A stretch of DNA of 64,000 nucleotides, from positions 62,001 through 126,000 of IMG/VR virus record IMGVR_UViG_3300009430_000004; one strand, 5' to 3'. Positions 21,601 through 30,228 of the stretch are shown piece by piece. A model generated the notes under the pieces. That model worked only from the letters and a program-made list of their open reading frames with translations, was not told the DNA's origin and ran no database searches. Positions within the stretch are counted from its first letter, which is position 1; each line of letters begins with the position of its first letter. The position numbers and the translations under genes are program-made.

Positions 21601-24600
21601 CTACACCCATTAGGGATTCTCCTATTGCAGGTCCCACTACTTTGAGGGTTTCACCGACTGCTTTAAAAGCGTCGCCTACCATACCAACTATTTGTCCAGG
21701 TAACTTAACAAGAGATATTACAGCAGTCTTAGCTATATTACCTAATTCAATAGCAAAGTTTTTAATTCCTTTGGCTATTGTAACAGGAACGCTAAGTATT
21801 GCCTTAGCAGCATCCTTTATACCTGTTCCTATTTTACCTATAAACTCACCAACTGTCCTAAGTTTTGCAACAAAGAACTCTTTAATGCTGTCTAAAGGTT
21901 TGTATAACATCTTTCTTACTCTGCCAAAGAACCCAACTCTGTCTTTGTTAGCTGGGTCAGCAGCACCATCATCTGAAGTATTAGCCATTTTCTGAACTGA
22001 TTTTCTGATTTTATTGATATTGCTACCAACACCGTTTAATTGTCCATTTACTTCAGAAGCTATATTTCTAACATCTGTTGCGATTCTAGCAAGAAGAGCA
22101 TCTTTACCCTTAGGTAATCCTTTGCTTATATTATTAACCAATCTATTGGAATCGTTAACTGGTCCAGTTGCTGAGCTTGCAGGAACTGACTGATGCCCAG
22201 CCGCTTCACGAATAGCATTGGCTTGTTTTGCAGGCACTACCATTTCACCTTGGTGAAGGTTAGCCTTATAATTATCATGAGGTACATTGTCTATACCAGA
22301 TGCATGTGAATGTTCTTCATCTTCTTCTTTGTCTTTATTCTTTCCGAACCCTAAAGCATCTTTTAATCCACTAAATTTTTCACCTATGTTATAAGTTAAT
22401 CTATCTGTTGGATTAGGTTCTGTTGCTTCATTATCTATGGTCGGAACTGGAGTATCTGAGCTTAATGTTAGCGTAGAGGATTTATGACCTGGGATTATCC
22501 TAGATGCTATTTTGTCTATTGCATTATTGATTGATTCTAAGAATCCCGATGTTCTACGCATTTCATTAGATATATCATTTTGAAGTATATCTCTATTCTC
22601 CTGAGAAACTGTTATAAGCTCTTCCATTCTATTATTAGTCTCTTCTTGAGCCTCAATGACTGGTGTAGCTCCAGCTTCTTCCTTTTTCTCCTCTTCGGTT
22701 TTAGGTTTAACTCCGAATAATTTAGCTAAAGTTGAATCTAGTGAACCACTTTCGATAGCTTTCCTAATCATCTTCTTCTGCTTCTTATCCAAAGATTTGA
22801 AGTCTACTGACCCACCTTCACCAAGCAATTGCTCTAGAGGAACTTTTGTCATATCTGATATTTTTCTAGCAATCTCTTCTTGTGGCATTCCTATCTTAGA
22901 CTTATTTTTACCTTCAAGATCAGGTCTGTAAATACGAGACACATCCACATCAAGATAATTACCATCTTTGTCTTTTAAGAAATTGTCATAATCATATTTT
23001 AACCCTAGGCTTCTATAGATATCTAAACGCTGTTTCTTAGCTTCGAGTAATGCTCTTTCTTTGGAGAAAGTTTCATCCTGCTCTTTATTCCTCTTAGCTA
23101 TTTGCTGCATTCTCTCACCATTAGGGTCTGCATAATCTGCCCCGTTTTCACCGTATCTTGCGGCATCACGGGTTTGTTTATTGAAATACATGTCATTCAG
23201 ACGCCCAAAGAATCCTTTACCTACTTTATTTCCGTCTTTATCTTTAGTAGAGAATAGACCAAGTTTTTCTCCTTTAGCTCGTCTTTCTTTGAAATTAAGT
23301 ATTCCACCTTCTTTAACAACATTTCCATTCTCATCAACAGTTTCTTTTCCATTCCAGCCTTGGTCTATCATGGAAGTTAAACCTCTTTGAGCATGTTTTT
23401 TAGTTAATCCTTGTGATAACATATTTAATCCTTTAAATGGAGCAGCTAATAGATTACCCATTATCTTCCCACTAAAATTAAGGATTTTTGAGAAGAAACC
23501 TTTTAATGGTTTCATAACCTTATCTTCCATAAACTTTCCAAACGGCATTCCAACATGTTTCTCAAATACATTTCCAATAAAACTAGTAAAGTTTTCCCAG
23601 CCCTTCTTAAACATATCTTTCATGTTAGTTACCATTATTGAGAATTCTTTCTTTAATGGTGCTATAGCATCAGCAAATGGATTTGCAATGCTCTTAGTGA
23701 ACCATTCTTTGATGTTGAGATTGATTTCTGAGAATTTAAGTTTAAGAGGTTCTTGGACTTCTAGTTTAAACCAGTTAGAGAATTTACCAATTAAACCACC
23801 TTGTCTCTTATTTGTCTTTTCATCAAACTCTCCAAATATAGCTTTTTTCCATTTCTCGGATGAAAGAGCAATACCAGCAGCCGCACCAAGTACAGCACCA
23901 CCAAGCGGACCTCCTGGAAGCATTAAAGCACCCATTATACCCAACTTGCTAGTTACTAACCCAAGGGCGGAACCCCCTATAATACCAGCTCCAACATTTC
24001 CAAGCAAATCTTTATTTTTATTGGTACTTCTAAATATCTTATTGAATATGCCACCATCTCGTTTTCCATCAGCACCTTTTTCACCAAATAGGAACTTTTG
24101 AACTGCTTCTGAACGATATAACATTGAACCTGCTATACCCATAACAGCTCCTCCTACAGGACCACCAGGAAGGAAGAATGATGGTAACATACCAAATCCT
24201 AATAATGGTTTCATAGCTCCTACAACAGCTCCACCAACCATACCAGCCTTATTCTTCTTGAAGAATTCTTGTGTAGACTTGCTTATAACTCCTCCTGTTC
24301 TCTCACCCATAGAATCTTTATCACCGAATAACCAGTTTTTAAATCTATCAGATTGAGTTAGAAAGCCTAAAGTTGAACCTACAATTGCTCCTCCAATAGG
24401 ACCGCCAGGTAATAGTAATGAACCCAATAATCCGAGCTTACCACCCATTAGTAAACCAGCACCACTTCCGATAATACCAAATGCTAATGATTTAGGTGCT
24501 CGTTCTTTTATCTTCTTTGTCATTTCATCAAATGCGATGTAATTATTATTCTTAGTACCGTCTTTGTTTTTCTTTGGACCAAACATGGCTTCACTAAAAT

Positions 24601-27526
24601 TAGTAAATCCATTCTTCAATGCATTGAATGCCCCAGTAAATACACCTTTCTGTAAATCAGGGTCATTAGCATTTTTATCACCAAAGAGATATATTTTTAA
24701 TGTATCCTTGAAACCACCAAATACTTTCTTCACTTCTCCAAATACACTATTTTCATTATCACCGAATGAAACTCCTGCTCTATTAGTATATCCTTTACCA
24801 GTAAAGTAATACTTAGCACCGTCCCATATATCGAGCATCTCATTGGCTGTATCAGACATTAAACCGCCTTCTCTAGCACCATTTTCACCAGTAGGTCTAC
24901 CAAAGATAAAGTCGGCAAGTTTTCCCATTTTCTTCTGTAAGGAAGTGTAAAAATCACTTTGTTTTATCTTAGTAAACATACCGTCTTTACCAAATAGAGC
25001 TTCTTTAGCAGGAAGGAATATATCGTTCTTTATCCAATTACCAAAGTCAGCAAATTTACCTTTAAGATTAGCAAGAGTTTGATCCATAAAAGATGAGCTT
25101 GGAGAGCCATCTTTGGATGCACCGAATACTATCTTAAACATAGCGGAGTCTATCTTATCAAATACACCTTTCATTAACTTAGCAGGTGTTTGTAAAATGT
25201 CGTCAACTTTCTCTCTTATCATGTTATATTTATCTTGAGCTCCACCTTTAAGGAACTTAGCGAACCATTTAGCAACAGTTTCCTGTTGATCTGGATTTTC
25301 TTGCTCGCTTTTCATTTTAGCATATGCTTCAGCATGTTCCCTGAGCTCTTTGTCTGATTTATCAGATAAATCAATAGATGAACCAAATACCCATTTACCA
25401 TCTTCCTCTTTCTTTCTTTTCTGTTCTTCGGATAACCTTTGAACAGCCTTGTTATATTTAGAGTTATTGGTAGCGTAGTCTGTTTCTTCTTTCTTCATCT
25501 TAGCAGTTCTTTCACGGATTCTATCTAACGGTGAAGGTGTCCCCCCTGAAGGTGTTGGGGGTGTTCCTGACCCATTCCCTGGAGATGTTGAGCTATCTCC
25601 ATTAGGAAACACAATGATGCCGTCAAGTAATATTTTCTTAATATCTCTTAAATAATCAAGAGTATTATGACCAAATTTATCAACAGCATTCATTCCAAAT
25701 CCTCGTCTAACCTCATATTTACCAGTCGTAGAATCACGCTTAATATGCTCATCAAAACCTGATGCCTGGAACGCAGACACACCATATTTATACTGGTTTT
25801 CTTCAGCCTCTGTCATAAATCTTTCGAGACCTTTTCTAGCATTAATATGAGAAGTACCAGCCATATCAAGTAATGTATTATTTGGTAATGACATTACTAT
25901 TTGTTTGAATAACCTCTGCATATCATTGCTCTTAAACTGATGAACATTCTTTAACTCATCAATAGTATTTCCTTCAGCATCCTTCTCATTAAAAGGATTT
26001 ACACCATAAGGTGTTTTAGCTAATTTAACGAAGAATTTATCTATATCTTCCCTAAATGCATCTCTATCCTTATTGTCTTCGATTAGGAATGCTTCAGAAC
26101 GAGTTTTAATTTCATCTATTACATCACTGAAGTTAGAAAGAATTGTTCTTTCTTGCTCCTTTTTGAATTCCTTTGACATTTCAAATACTGAACGGAATGA
26201 ACCTTTTTCATAGTCAAAGGCTTGCTCTTCCTTGCCAGATAAAGTGGCAAGTATCTTTCTCAAGTATGTTGGGATTACATCTGTGATGGCTTTCTTTGTG
26301 ACACCATCAAAGGGAACTGTCCCTTTCTTATATTGAGATAAATCAATAGATGTCTTAGTCTTAACATTTGCTCCAAATATTTGCCCTATGATTTGTAGAA
26401 ACGGATTATTAGAATTGAAAGCCAATCTATTAATCTTCATCAATAAAGCAGGGAAAAAATTTTGGAACGATTGATCCATATTTTCCATTGACTTCTTTAG
26501 GAAGCCAGGAATTAAAGATGCTACTATCTTGGTTGATATGAAACTAAGTGGTGATGCTGCCAAGAACTTCAATGTATCTGTATCTTCAAGCATTGATTTG
26601 ATTGGAGATAAGAACATGTTTGAGTCTATAGCATTACCAAGGTTTTTCTTCATCATATTCATGTAGCCTTTTACATTTAGACCACCCCTTGATAGTAACG
26701 CATTATCTAATGGATCTTCTTTAATTTTCTTTTCTTGTTCTTGGTCAACTCCCTTAGATGACACTGTTTGTAAATGTGTCAAAGTATCATTTAATACTTT
26801 AAGGTTTTCTTCATAGAATTTCAAAGAAGCTCCTATATATTTACCCATAGATTCACTTTGGAAATTGACCAAAAGACTTAAATTGGCATTCAGTGACTCC
26901 ATGCCTTGTACTATTGCGGAGCTAGTTTGTCTGTTTACAAGCAAAGCGTTTGATGAAAGTCCTATGTTAACATCATTAATAGACTGGGCAGCTTGTATAG
27001 TTGCCTGAGTTTGTCTTTCTAATGCTTTAACCATAGGATTATTTTTATTCATTGAAGGCTCTACTACATTGACAGTAGTGTTTTTATTAACAACTGGACT
27101 GGATATATCATCCATGGAATCTGATAGACTAAAGTCATCATTACCCATTTCAAAGTCTCCGTCCCCAAAGTCGAAATCGTCTAAGCCTTCGTTATAGATA
27201 GCTTCTTGTCGCTCTTTATTATAAATCTTACCAGACTTAATATCTTCAAGAGCATTTTTCAAAACATCCCTACCTATGCCTATTTGACTATTAGCATTTA
27301 TAGAATCTGTGACCCTTTTACCAATGGATCTAAAGTTTCTTATCTCTGTAAAGAGTTCGCTAACAGTATCTTCATTTGAGGTAACGAATTCCATTGATGC
27401 TGGCATCATCTCATTGACTAATTCTGTAGATGTATAGCCTAATGACTTACCAACATTCTTAAACCAATTTAAGGCTCCACTTGACTTAGTTGTAAGTGAA
27501 CCTTTATTCTTATTCTTTGTCGCCAT
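15605..27526 (-). CDS. Giant tape-measure-like tail protein with C39-like peptidase and lysozyme-like domains
   Basis: 3973 aa; Trp-periodic helical repeats; HASGIDNVPHDNYKANLHQGEMVVP motif typical of tape measure proteins; YYSQGDDRWG...GCGPTSMAMV...GHFVV...INDP (C39-like); HESGG...SIGIIQW (lysozyme-like). Confidence 0.8.
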   Translation of the reverse strand: MATKNKNKGSLTTKSSGALNWFKNVGKSLGYTSTELVNEMMPASMEFVTSNEDTVSELFTEIRNFRSIGKRVTDSINANSQIGIGRDVLKNALEDIKSGKIYNKERQEAIYNEGLDDFDFGDGDFEMGNDDFSLSDSMDDISSPVVNKNTTVNVVEPSMNKNNPMVKALERQTQATIQAAQSINDVNIGLSSNALLVNRQTSSAIVQGMESLNANLSLLVNFQSESMGKYIGASLKFYEENLKVLNDTLTHLQTVSSKGVDQEQEKKIKEDPLDNALLSRGGLNVKGYMNMMKKNLGNAIDSNMFLSPIKSMLEDTDTLKFLAASPLSFISTKIVASLIPGFLKKSMENMDQSFQNFFPALLMKINRLAFNSNNPFLQIIGQIFGANVKTKTSIDLSQYKKGTVPFDGVTKKAITDVIPTYLRKILATLSGKEEQAFDYEKGSFRSVFEMSKEFKKEQERTILSNFSDVIDEIKTRSEAFLIEDNKDRDAFREDIDKFFVKLAKTPYGVNPFNEKDAEGNTIDELKNVHQFKSNDMQRLFKQIVMSLPNNTLLDMAGTSHINARKGLERFMTEAEENQYKYGVSAFQASGFDEHIKRDSTTGKYEVRRGFGMNAVDKFGHNTLDYLRDIKKILLDGIIVFPNGDSSTSPGNGSGTPPTPSGGTPSPLDRIRERTAKMKKEETDYATNNSKYNKAVQRLSEEQKRKKEEDGKWVFGSSIDLSDKSDKELREHAEAYAKMKSEQENPDQQETVAKWFAKFLKGGAQDKYNMIREKVDDILQTPAKLMKGVFDKIDSAMFKIVFGASKDGSPSSSFMDQTLANLKGKFADFGNWIKNDIFLPAKEALFGKDGMFTKIKQSDFYTSLQKKMGKLADFIFGRPTGENGAREGGLMSDTANEMLDIWDGAKYYFTGKGYTNRAGVSFGDNENSVFGEVKKVFGGFKDTLKIYLFGDKNANDPDLQKGVFTGAFNALKNGFTNFSEAMFGPKKNKDGTKNNNYIAFDEMTKKIKERAPKSLAFGIIGSGAGLLMGGKLGLLGSLLLPGGPIGGAIVGSTLGFLTQSDRFKNWLFGDKDSMGERTGGVISKSTQEFFKKNKAGMVGGAVVGAMKPLLGFGMLPSFFLPGGPVGGAVMGIAGSMLYRSEAVQKFLFGEKGADGKRDGGIFNKIFRSTNKNKDLLGNVGAGIIGGSALGLVTSKLGIMGALMLPGGPLGGAVLGAAAGIALSSEKWKKAIFGEFDEKTNKRQGGLIGKFSNWFKLEVQEPLKLKFSEINLNIKEWFTKSIANPFADAIAPLKKEFSIMVTNMKDMFKKGWENFTSFIGNVFEKHVGMPFGKFMEDKVMKPLKGFFSKILNFSGKIMGNLLAAPFKGLNMLSQGLTKKHAQRGLTSMIDQGWNGKETVDENGNVVKEGGILNFKERRAKGEKLGLFSTKDKDGNKVGKGFFGRLNDMYFNKQTRDAARYGENGADYADPNGERMQQIAKRNKEQDETFSKERALLEAKKQRLDIYRSLGLKYDYDNFLKDKDGNYLDVDVSRIYRPDLEGKNKSKIGMPQEEIARKISDMTKVPLEQLLGEGGSVDFKSLDKKQKKMIRKAIESGSLDSTLAKLFGVKPKTEEEKKEEAGATPVIEAQEETNNRMEELITVSQENRDILQNDISNEMRRTSGFLESINNAIDKIASRIIPGHKSSTLTLSSDTPVPTIDNEATEPNPTDRLTYNIGEKFSGLKDALGFGKNKDKEEDEEHSHASGIDNVPHDNYKANLHQGEMVVPAKQANAIREAAGHQSVPASSATGPVNDSNRLVNNISKGLPKGKDALLARIATDVRNIASEVNGQLNGVGSNINKIRKSVQKMANTSDDGAADPANKDRVGFFGRVRKMLYKPLDSIKEFFVAKLRTVGEFIGKIGTGIKDAAKAILSVPVTIAKGIKNFAIELGNIAKTAVISLVKLPGQIVGMVGDAFKAVGETLKVVGPAIGESLMGVAKIFSGAMGAVKETMIGFGKGVGSLFFQLGKGTGELLVKFGKMTMGLVETVGNTIGKTFTIVTDFGLEMTKRTTDMLFAVGSNIADFTLKTITGVGEKLAEVGNTLWQIVTSPLKFLSQGLGKLLGIQEQKVVVVGGTLDVVREVQSIGTNRMAAPRSLETNTDSLVQSVRIVGSDVCLPVYLCPEKIVSSFEKIQPFAVRVDQSNGVLATALSPDSMKEAFNRITPLPVRIDTDMQGIERQSGFSVSSLVGGSSTAMVAPEFKNNNLAASVLAGMDKFDESNDKEEEAKKQNERLESEAAARQAHASRLTAANVQAANALKEEKQHERNWKDRILELLAGLGKDTRQHTTDWADIFGKKGLFMVGALTLLPLLKKAMEWLLGKGNDSRTDVGGTTIVNSDLVEHGTRAVGYGIKKASEHLMAPLKNSIQEFKKTFQGVKKVWDEVFPPIKKKGIEMWDDVSEKAHVVWDDIAEKSKGVWDNIAEKFTGTWDNIAKKFFPNIVEKGVNVADDAARATAKNKGPISKVVDKVKQFGNKGDVEAGEVIMETSNVSFVDEATEGTSKIAQAVNPANDVVKKAGGGKVVDFAAAKAAKESGEDVTKIAVDGADDVVDAVNKGRIEKFTKMAMDAVDNIARMFEKKFPKAAKAIGPAMDVLGKVLKKVKWVKYLPKVAKGLAKIAAAAATALASDAVWATWGAVTGGFEAAHLFKVDSDEVDWIMRAISSGMKALLNVSWFFVIEILNDICVEMTGVDFIQMMATQIYKAITSDEKGAKLEQAQADFKAEVDAYNEANGTKLSVDAYNDKVNKTVGQHIADGVSNTWKGIKAGASWVGDKTSKAWNATTGALSWAGNKIGEGAQWAGNKIAQGASVAWDATKKGAAWAGEKISQGAQWAGEKIQQGASVAWDATKKGAKMVWDNSALGGAVNAFKNDDMVKQNFNLKGDGKITTGMRAASGAAEALEKLSLGLLDAEKTAKTFYGIGLRFNDFMEGTKKFIGDNLVEPAKKAWTSAKEKINEKLEEFKKEASETWNGIKEGIGKQWNSAKETIGGALSAVGQYTSEKWEALKTNIGSAWDSAKTVVGEKLEAFKQNASETWDALKTNIGNAWSSAKETIGGKLEEFKANTSETWGNIKSNIGDAWGTAKGIIGEKLEAFKAEAGETWESIKSGVGKQWESAKSLIGTAAANIKDTAGNIWNSMPEPVKDRLGEAKETITTGAKKLADGAKELWGNIGDTISDKWKDIKKHLTEGLDRIGGFFKGIGNFFKNGFDSVKNFFTGRASDELDKLGWGEGGYGNVPVPDTKYNKSLNKRVPKVEGGGFGVESDTINNFAYYSQGDDRWGRYAYDHSPQFGTRSENPTLKARGCGPTSMAMVATQLTGKRYEPPQMADLAQKGGYSSSAGTSWGYFDKMASMFSLQKTEINPSSQRSQLQSMLDQHVPIILSGTRKHSADQSPFTSSGHFVVAVANDGPNGIVINDPRGPAYSKTYNLNTVLDEARKGWGFRYTGGSLPDPRNPEAYTPSSSPIGGTMENPTILDLFGKMSEAFSLYSENLYSGENKQLSWGDSFLTGSSSSDGYVGNFNIDFIPKNVQDAILKKTAELTVKHESGGKYTYGRNDVNASTGQRISPSIGIIQWRGGNAKAIMDRMLQEMPDNPEARYFASKNWNDSSPWSQSEQDRLEKYLASNMQVTKKVQDSFLLDHVKNRNLAPVYKYGVEPGKIKDPRSIAFLAEIANSGPALVKPFLERYSPTSATGKAEFQHFYNEFMSKSYWGPKSIYSNRLKSSFNSLVDWDPEQGGFGDRIVREPETILGGFGDMMCDITTKLTSSQRTSAPEKVQDVKGGFGDLTESITDTLNNALSGEGKIKSEGMRLPSFYEDPNPEVRSYMYGNSDIQKAGLSDDLLKTAIEVLRNIENNTGATSEGIKELNKKECVVNVITKSQTTTSIEGEDGEKPAGSTIVVAPPQTNNYINPIMGMANDRRNNKQQRDYQTAKGIAKGRTN
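17850..19150 (-). repeat. 11/22-residue Trp-periodic coding repeats within the tape-measure-like protein
   Basis: Examples: GAQWAGNKIAQGASVAWDATKKGAAWAGEKISQGAQWAGEKIQQGASVAWDATKK, and repeated KLEEFK..ASETW..IK..IG..W.SAK units. Boundaries approximate. Confidence 0.8.
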
Positions 27527-27553
27527 ATCTTCTCACTCCTTTCTCGGAATTAT

Positions 27554-27565
27554 TAAGATATTGTT
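27554..27565 (-). promoter_or_regulatory. Late-type promoter for the tape-measure operon
   Basis: AACA-ATATCT-TA about 28 nt before the ATG at 27526. Confidence 0.7.
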
Positions 27566-27603
27566 TTAATACAAAAAAATAAAGGGATTGAAAAGAAAAA
27601 TTA

Positions 27604-27631
27604 AAACCCCATAGCCGAAGCTATGGGGTTT
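27604..27631 (-). terminator. Intrinsic terminator
   Basis: aaaccccatagc-cgaa-gctatggggttt (UUCG loop on the minus strand). Confidence 0.75.
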
Positions 27632-27653
27632 GATACTGCCTTATGCAGCTATA

Positions 27654-28205
27654 TTATTTCTTTTTACCGTTAACTTTGCTCTTAAGCCATTTTGGGCATT
27701 TGGATTTCTTTTGAAGAATCTTGTGTGCCTTCTTTTGAACATGGATCTTTTCCTTGCTTCTGATATCTGTGAACTCTCCAACTGATTCGCCTACTTCGTC
27801 AAGCAGCATAGAACCTATGAAGTTTTCCCTTGGGATAAAATCAAATTTCTTTCCTGCATCCATGTAAACGTATGGAAGCTCTGAACAGATTTCATACATA
27901 CCGTCAACATTTCTGATCTCATAAGAAGCATCAAGAACTTTAGCAGCAGCCTGCTTGTCAACACCGAAATCCTGAAGTATAACTTTGAGCATGTTTCTGA
28001 ATTCTTGAACTGGGAATACATCTTTCTTAACCAGCTCACCGTCTTTTGTGGAAACAGCTTCCACTTTGTATCCAACTTCATTTAACCAAGCTTTTGCTAG
28101 CTTGTCGAAGTCTGACCTGCTGAATGATCTAACAGGTTTTCCTTTCTTTGAAACTGAAACGTTTGCTTTTATTTCAGCAAAAACTTCACTGAATGATTTA
28201 GCCAT
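27654..28205 (-). CDS. Hypothetical basic protein, possibly DNA-binding
   Basis: 183 aa; perfect SD GGAGGT, own AACT-N6-TA promoter variant and strong terminator; Lys-rich termini. Confidence 0.55.
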   Translation of the reverse strand: MAKSFSEVFAEIKANVSVSKKGKPVRSFSRSDFDKLAKAWLNEVGYKVEAVSTKDGELVKKDVFPVQEFRNMLKVILQDFGVDKQAAAKVLDASYEIRNVDGMYEICSELPYVYMDAGKKFDFIPRENFIGSMLLDEVGESVGEFTDIRSKEKIHVQKKAHKILQKKSKCPKWLKSKVNGKKK

Positions 28206-28278
28206 GATACATACCTCCTAATTTTAATTAGATTTTTAGTGGTTTATTTTATTAATTAGTTTAGGGTGTAATAATTTA

Positions 28279-28512
28279 TTACACGCTAATATCTATTACT
28301 AACTTGTCACTGGATTTGCCATCCTTGTCCTTTTTGTCCTTCTTTTTCTTTTTATCTTTGTCCTTCTTATCTCTGTCTTTATCCTTTTCTTTCTTATCTT
28401 TGTGTTTCTTATCTGACTTTTCACTAATCTTCTTTTCATAGCCTTTCATCATGTCAAACACATCGTCAATGACAAATTCATCAATATTAACTTCGCCTTT
28501 TCCTTTAGCCAT
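28279..28512 (-). CDS. Small K/D-rich low-complexity early protein
   Basis: KDKKEKDKDRDKKDKDKKKKKDKKDKD; SD GGGAGG; early-type promoter at 28559-28568. Confidence 0.65.
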   Translation of the reverse strand: MAKGKGEVNIDEFVIDDVFDMMKGYEKKISEKSDKKHKDKKEKDKDRDKKDKDKKKKKDKKDKDGKSSDKLVIDISV

Positions 28513-28638
28513 ATTTTTTCTCTCCCTCCCTTACGTTTTATTATTACTATACGCTGTAATAATATATATTTATTATACACATTACATTTCATATGTATGT
28601 TCCTAGTATATTAAAATCGTATTTTCGACACCCTCAAA

Positions 28639-28648
28639 TATATATTAT
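28639..28648 (+). promoter_or_regulatory. Early-type phage promoter TATATATTAT (representative copy)
   Basis: Exact intergenic 10-mer at + 28639, 29198, 35015, 35445, 38601, 41166, 45842, 48804, 49325, 54161 and - 7346, 28559. All lie upstream of small non-structural genes; resembles the phiKZ early motif TATATTAC. Confidence 0.75.
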
Positions 28649-28747
28649 TATTGTGTACATACATAAATAGATATTAGATTTGTATGTTCCGCTAGTAAAT
28701 TTGGTGCTAGTGAAAAATATTTTTGATTCTGTGGGAGGAATTAAATT

Positions 28748-29134
28748 ATGTTATTATCAATGTTAAAAATGAGAAAAATCAGATCTATCATCGCTACTGA
28801 ATTGAATAGAAACGCACATATTATAAATTCAGTTTCTTACCCTGTAACAGTTAATGAGCAAATGAATCATACTGCATGCAATGAGCATCGTGAGTATGTA
28901 CCATATATATCATTATCATGTTGGCATCATGGGAAGGATGGTGAGAAGATTTACAATCACACAAGCGGAATAACTATATATGCTGGTAGCATATTATATA
29001 TCTGTAAAACTAAGAAGCTTGACGTTGAATCTTATACAAGGAGTATCATGTCTCATTTAATACATAAGATTGCTACTTGTCAAGATCCAACATATCCAAC
29101 TGAACTTCAAAAGCCTGCTACTAAAACAGCATAG
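28748..29134 (+). CDS. Hypothetical early protein
   Basis: 128 aa; SD GGGAGG; early-type promoter at 28639-28648. Confidence 0.6.
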   Translation: MLLSMLKMRKIRSIIATELNRNAHIINSVSYPVTVNEQMNHTACNEHREYVPYISLSCWHHGKDGEKIYNHTSGITIYAGSILYICKTKKLDVESYTRSIMSHLIHKIATCQDPTYPTELQKPATKTA

Positions 29135-29241
29135 GCTTAATAAGAGATAAAGGTTGTTTATTGAACCTTTATTTTTTTTACTTAAGTGGATTTTAATTAT
29201 ATATTATACAATTGTAATAATAAATAAAAGGAGATGACTTT

Positions 29242-29574
29242 ATGGCTAAAGTTTACGGACATGTTGTCCACACTCAAAGAGTATCAACAAATATTGATGA
29301 CTTACAGCGTATTGCTGAGAATGGGGATTTATCTAAGAAAGACTTAAGGGTATTTCTGTTTCTAGCTTGTAGATTAGAAACCGAGAGGATTAAGAAAATA
29401 GATAAGAAGCAAATGGCTAAGAGCCTTGATTTATCTAAAGATGAAGTTAAGAAATGTTTAGACACATTAGAAGAACATGGTATTATAGAACGTGATTCTG
29501 ATGACCATGTTGAAGATGGATACCGATTCACATATACTAAGAATATGAGAAGAATGGATTCTATTCAACTATAA
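29242..29574 (+). CDS. Winged helix-turn-helix DNA-binding protein
   Basis: LSKKDLRVFLFL...KKQMAKSLDLSKDEVKKCLDTLEEHGIIER is a wHTH pattern. Confidence 0.75.
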   Translation: MAKVYGHVVHTQRVSTNIDDLQRIAENGDLSKKDLRVFLFLACRLETERIKKIDKKQMAKSLDLSKDEVKKCLDTLEEHGIIERDSDDHVEDGYRFTYTKNMRRMDSIQL

Positions 29575-29584
29575 ATAAATTAAA

Positions 29585-29631
29585 AAATAAAATAAGAGAT
29601 ATAGGTATATACCTATATCTCTTATTTTTTT
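29585..29631. terminator. Bidirectional intrinsic terminator between convergent genes
   Basis: aaaataagagatataggta-ta-tacctatatctcttatttt, a perfect palindrome. Confidence 0.8.
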
Positions 29632-30169
29632 ATGATTGTATTTTTTTCTTAAATTTCTCAAAAGTATCTCTGAGAGCTATATTAGTCTTAATATGAAGAA
29701 TTGGGTCTATTTTACCGTATCTTTTAAAATGGTCTGGTTCAAAGTCTCTTTTCATAGCTCTTAATGTAGATAAAGCAAATGATGTACCTAAGATTATAAC
29801 GGCATGTTTCTCAATTTCATTAATATCCATTCTCATTGTCTGTACACCGTCAACTATTGCTCGTCTACCTTTAAGTAACTGCATCATAATAGGAGTAACC
29901 TTTGAGGCATACTCTTCATCAGATAAGTTTTTAAGTGTCGTAACACCCATTATTTTTTTAACCTCATCTGTTAAAATATCCATTTCTATGAAATCGCAGT
30001 TATATTCCTGAGCTATTTGTGAACCGTAAGTGGATTTACCACTACCTGATAAACCTGCAATAAATAGAAGATTTACTTCACCAGACTTAAACTTATCAAA
30101 GTTATACTCAAAATTTTTATCTGATAATATAGCACCTTCTTTTAATATTAAACCTTTTAAATATCCCAA
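29630..30169 (-). CDS. P-loop nucleotide-kinase-like domain; probably the frameshifted C-terminus of the upstream RNAP gene
   Basis: LLFIAGLSGSGKST Walker A motif and IVDG; the TTG start has no SD; the frame stays open upstream to about 30253, overlapping the end of the beta gene. Confidence 0.7.
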   Translation of the reverse strand: MGYLKGLILKEGAILSDKNFEYNFDKFKSGEVNLLFIAGLSGSGKSTYGSQIAQEYNCDFIEMDILTDEVKKIMGVTTLKNLSDEEYASKVTPIMMQLLKGRRAIVDGVQTMRMDINEIEKHAVIILGTSFALSTLRAMKRDFEPDHFKRYGKIDPILHIKTNIALRDTFEKFKKKIQS

Positions 30170-30228
30170 CTCGCTATCTATTATAAATCCAGATTCCTTT
30201 ATTGATGAATATTCACCTCTGGATATAG

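Noticed and set aside
17829-24809. Long + strand ORFs (e.g. 17829..18668, 19581..20207, 20238..21101, 21324..21995)
   Set aside because: Antisense shadows of the tape-measure-like gene with no SD or promoter. The same applies to most short opposite-strand or off-frame ORFs in the track.
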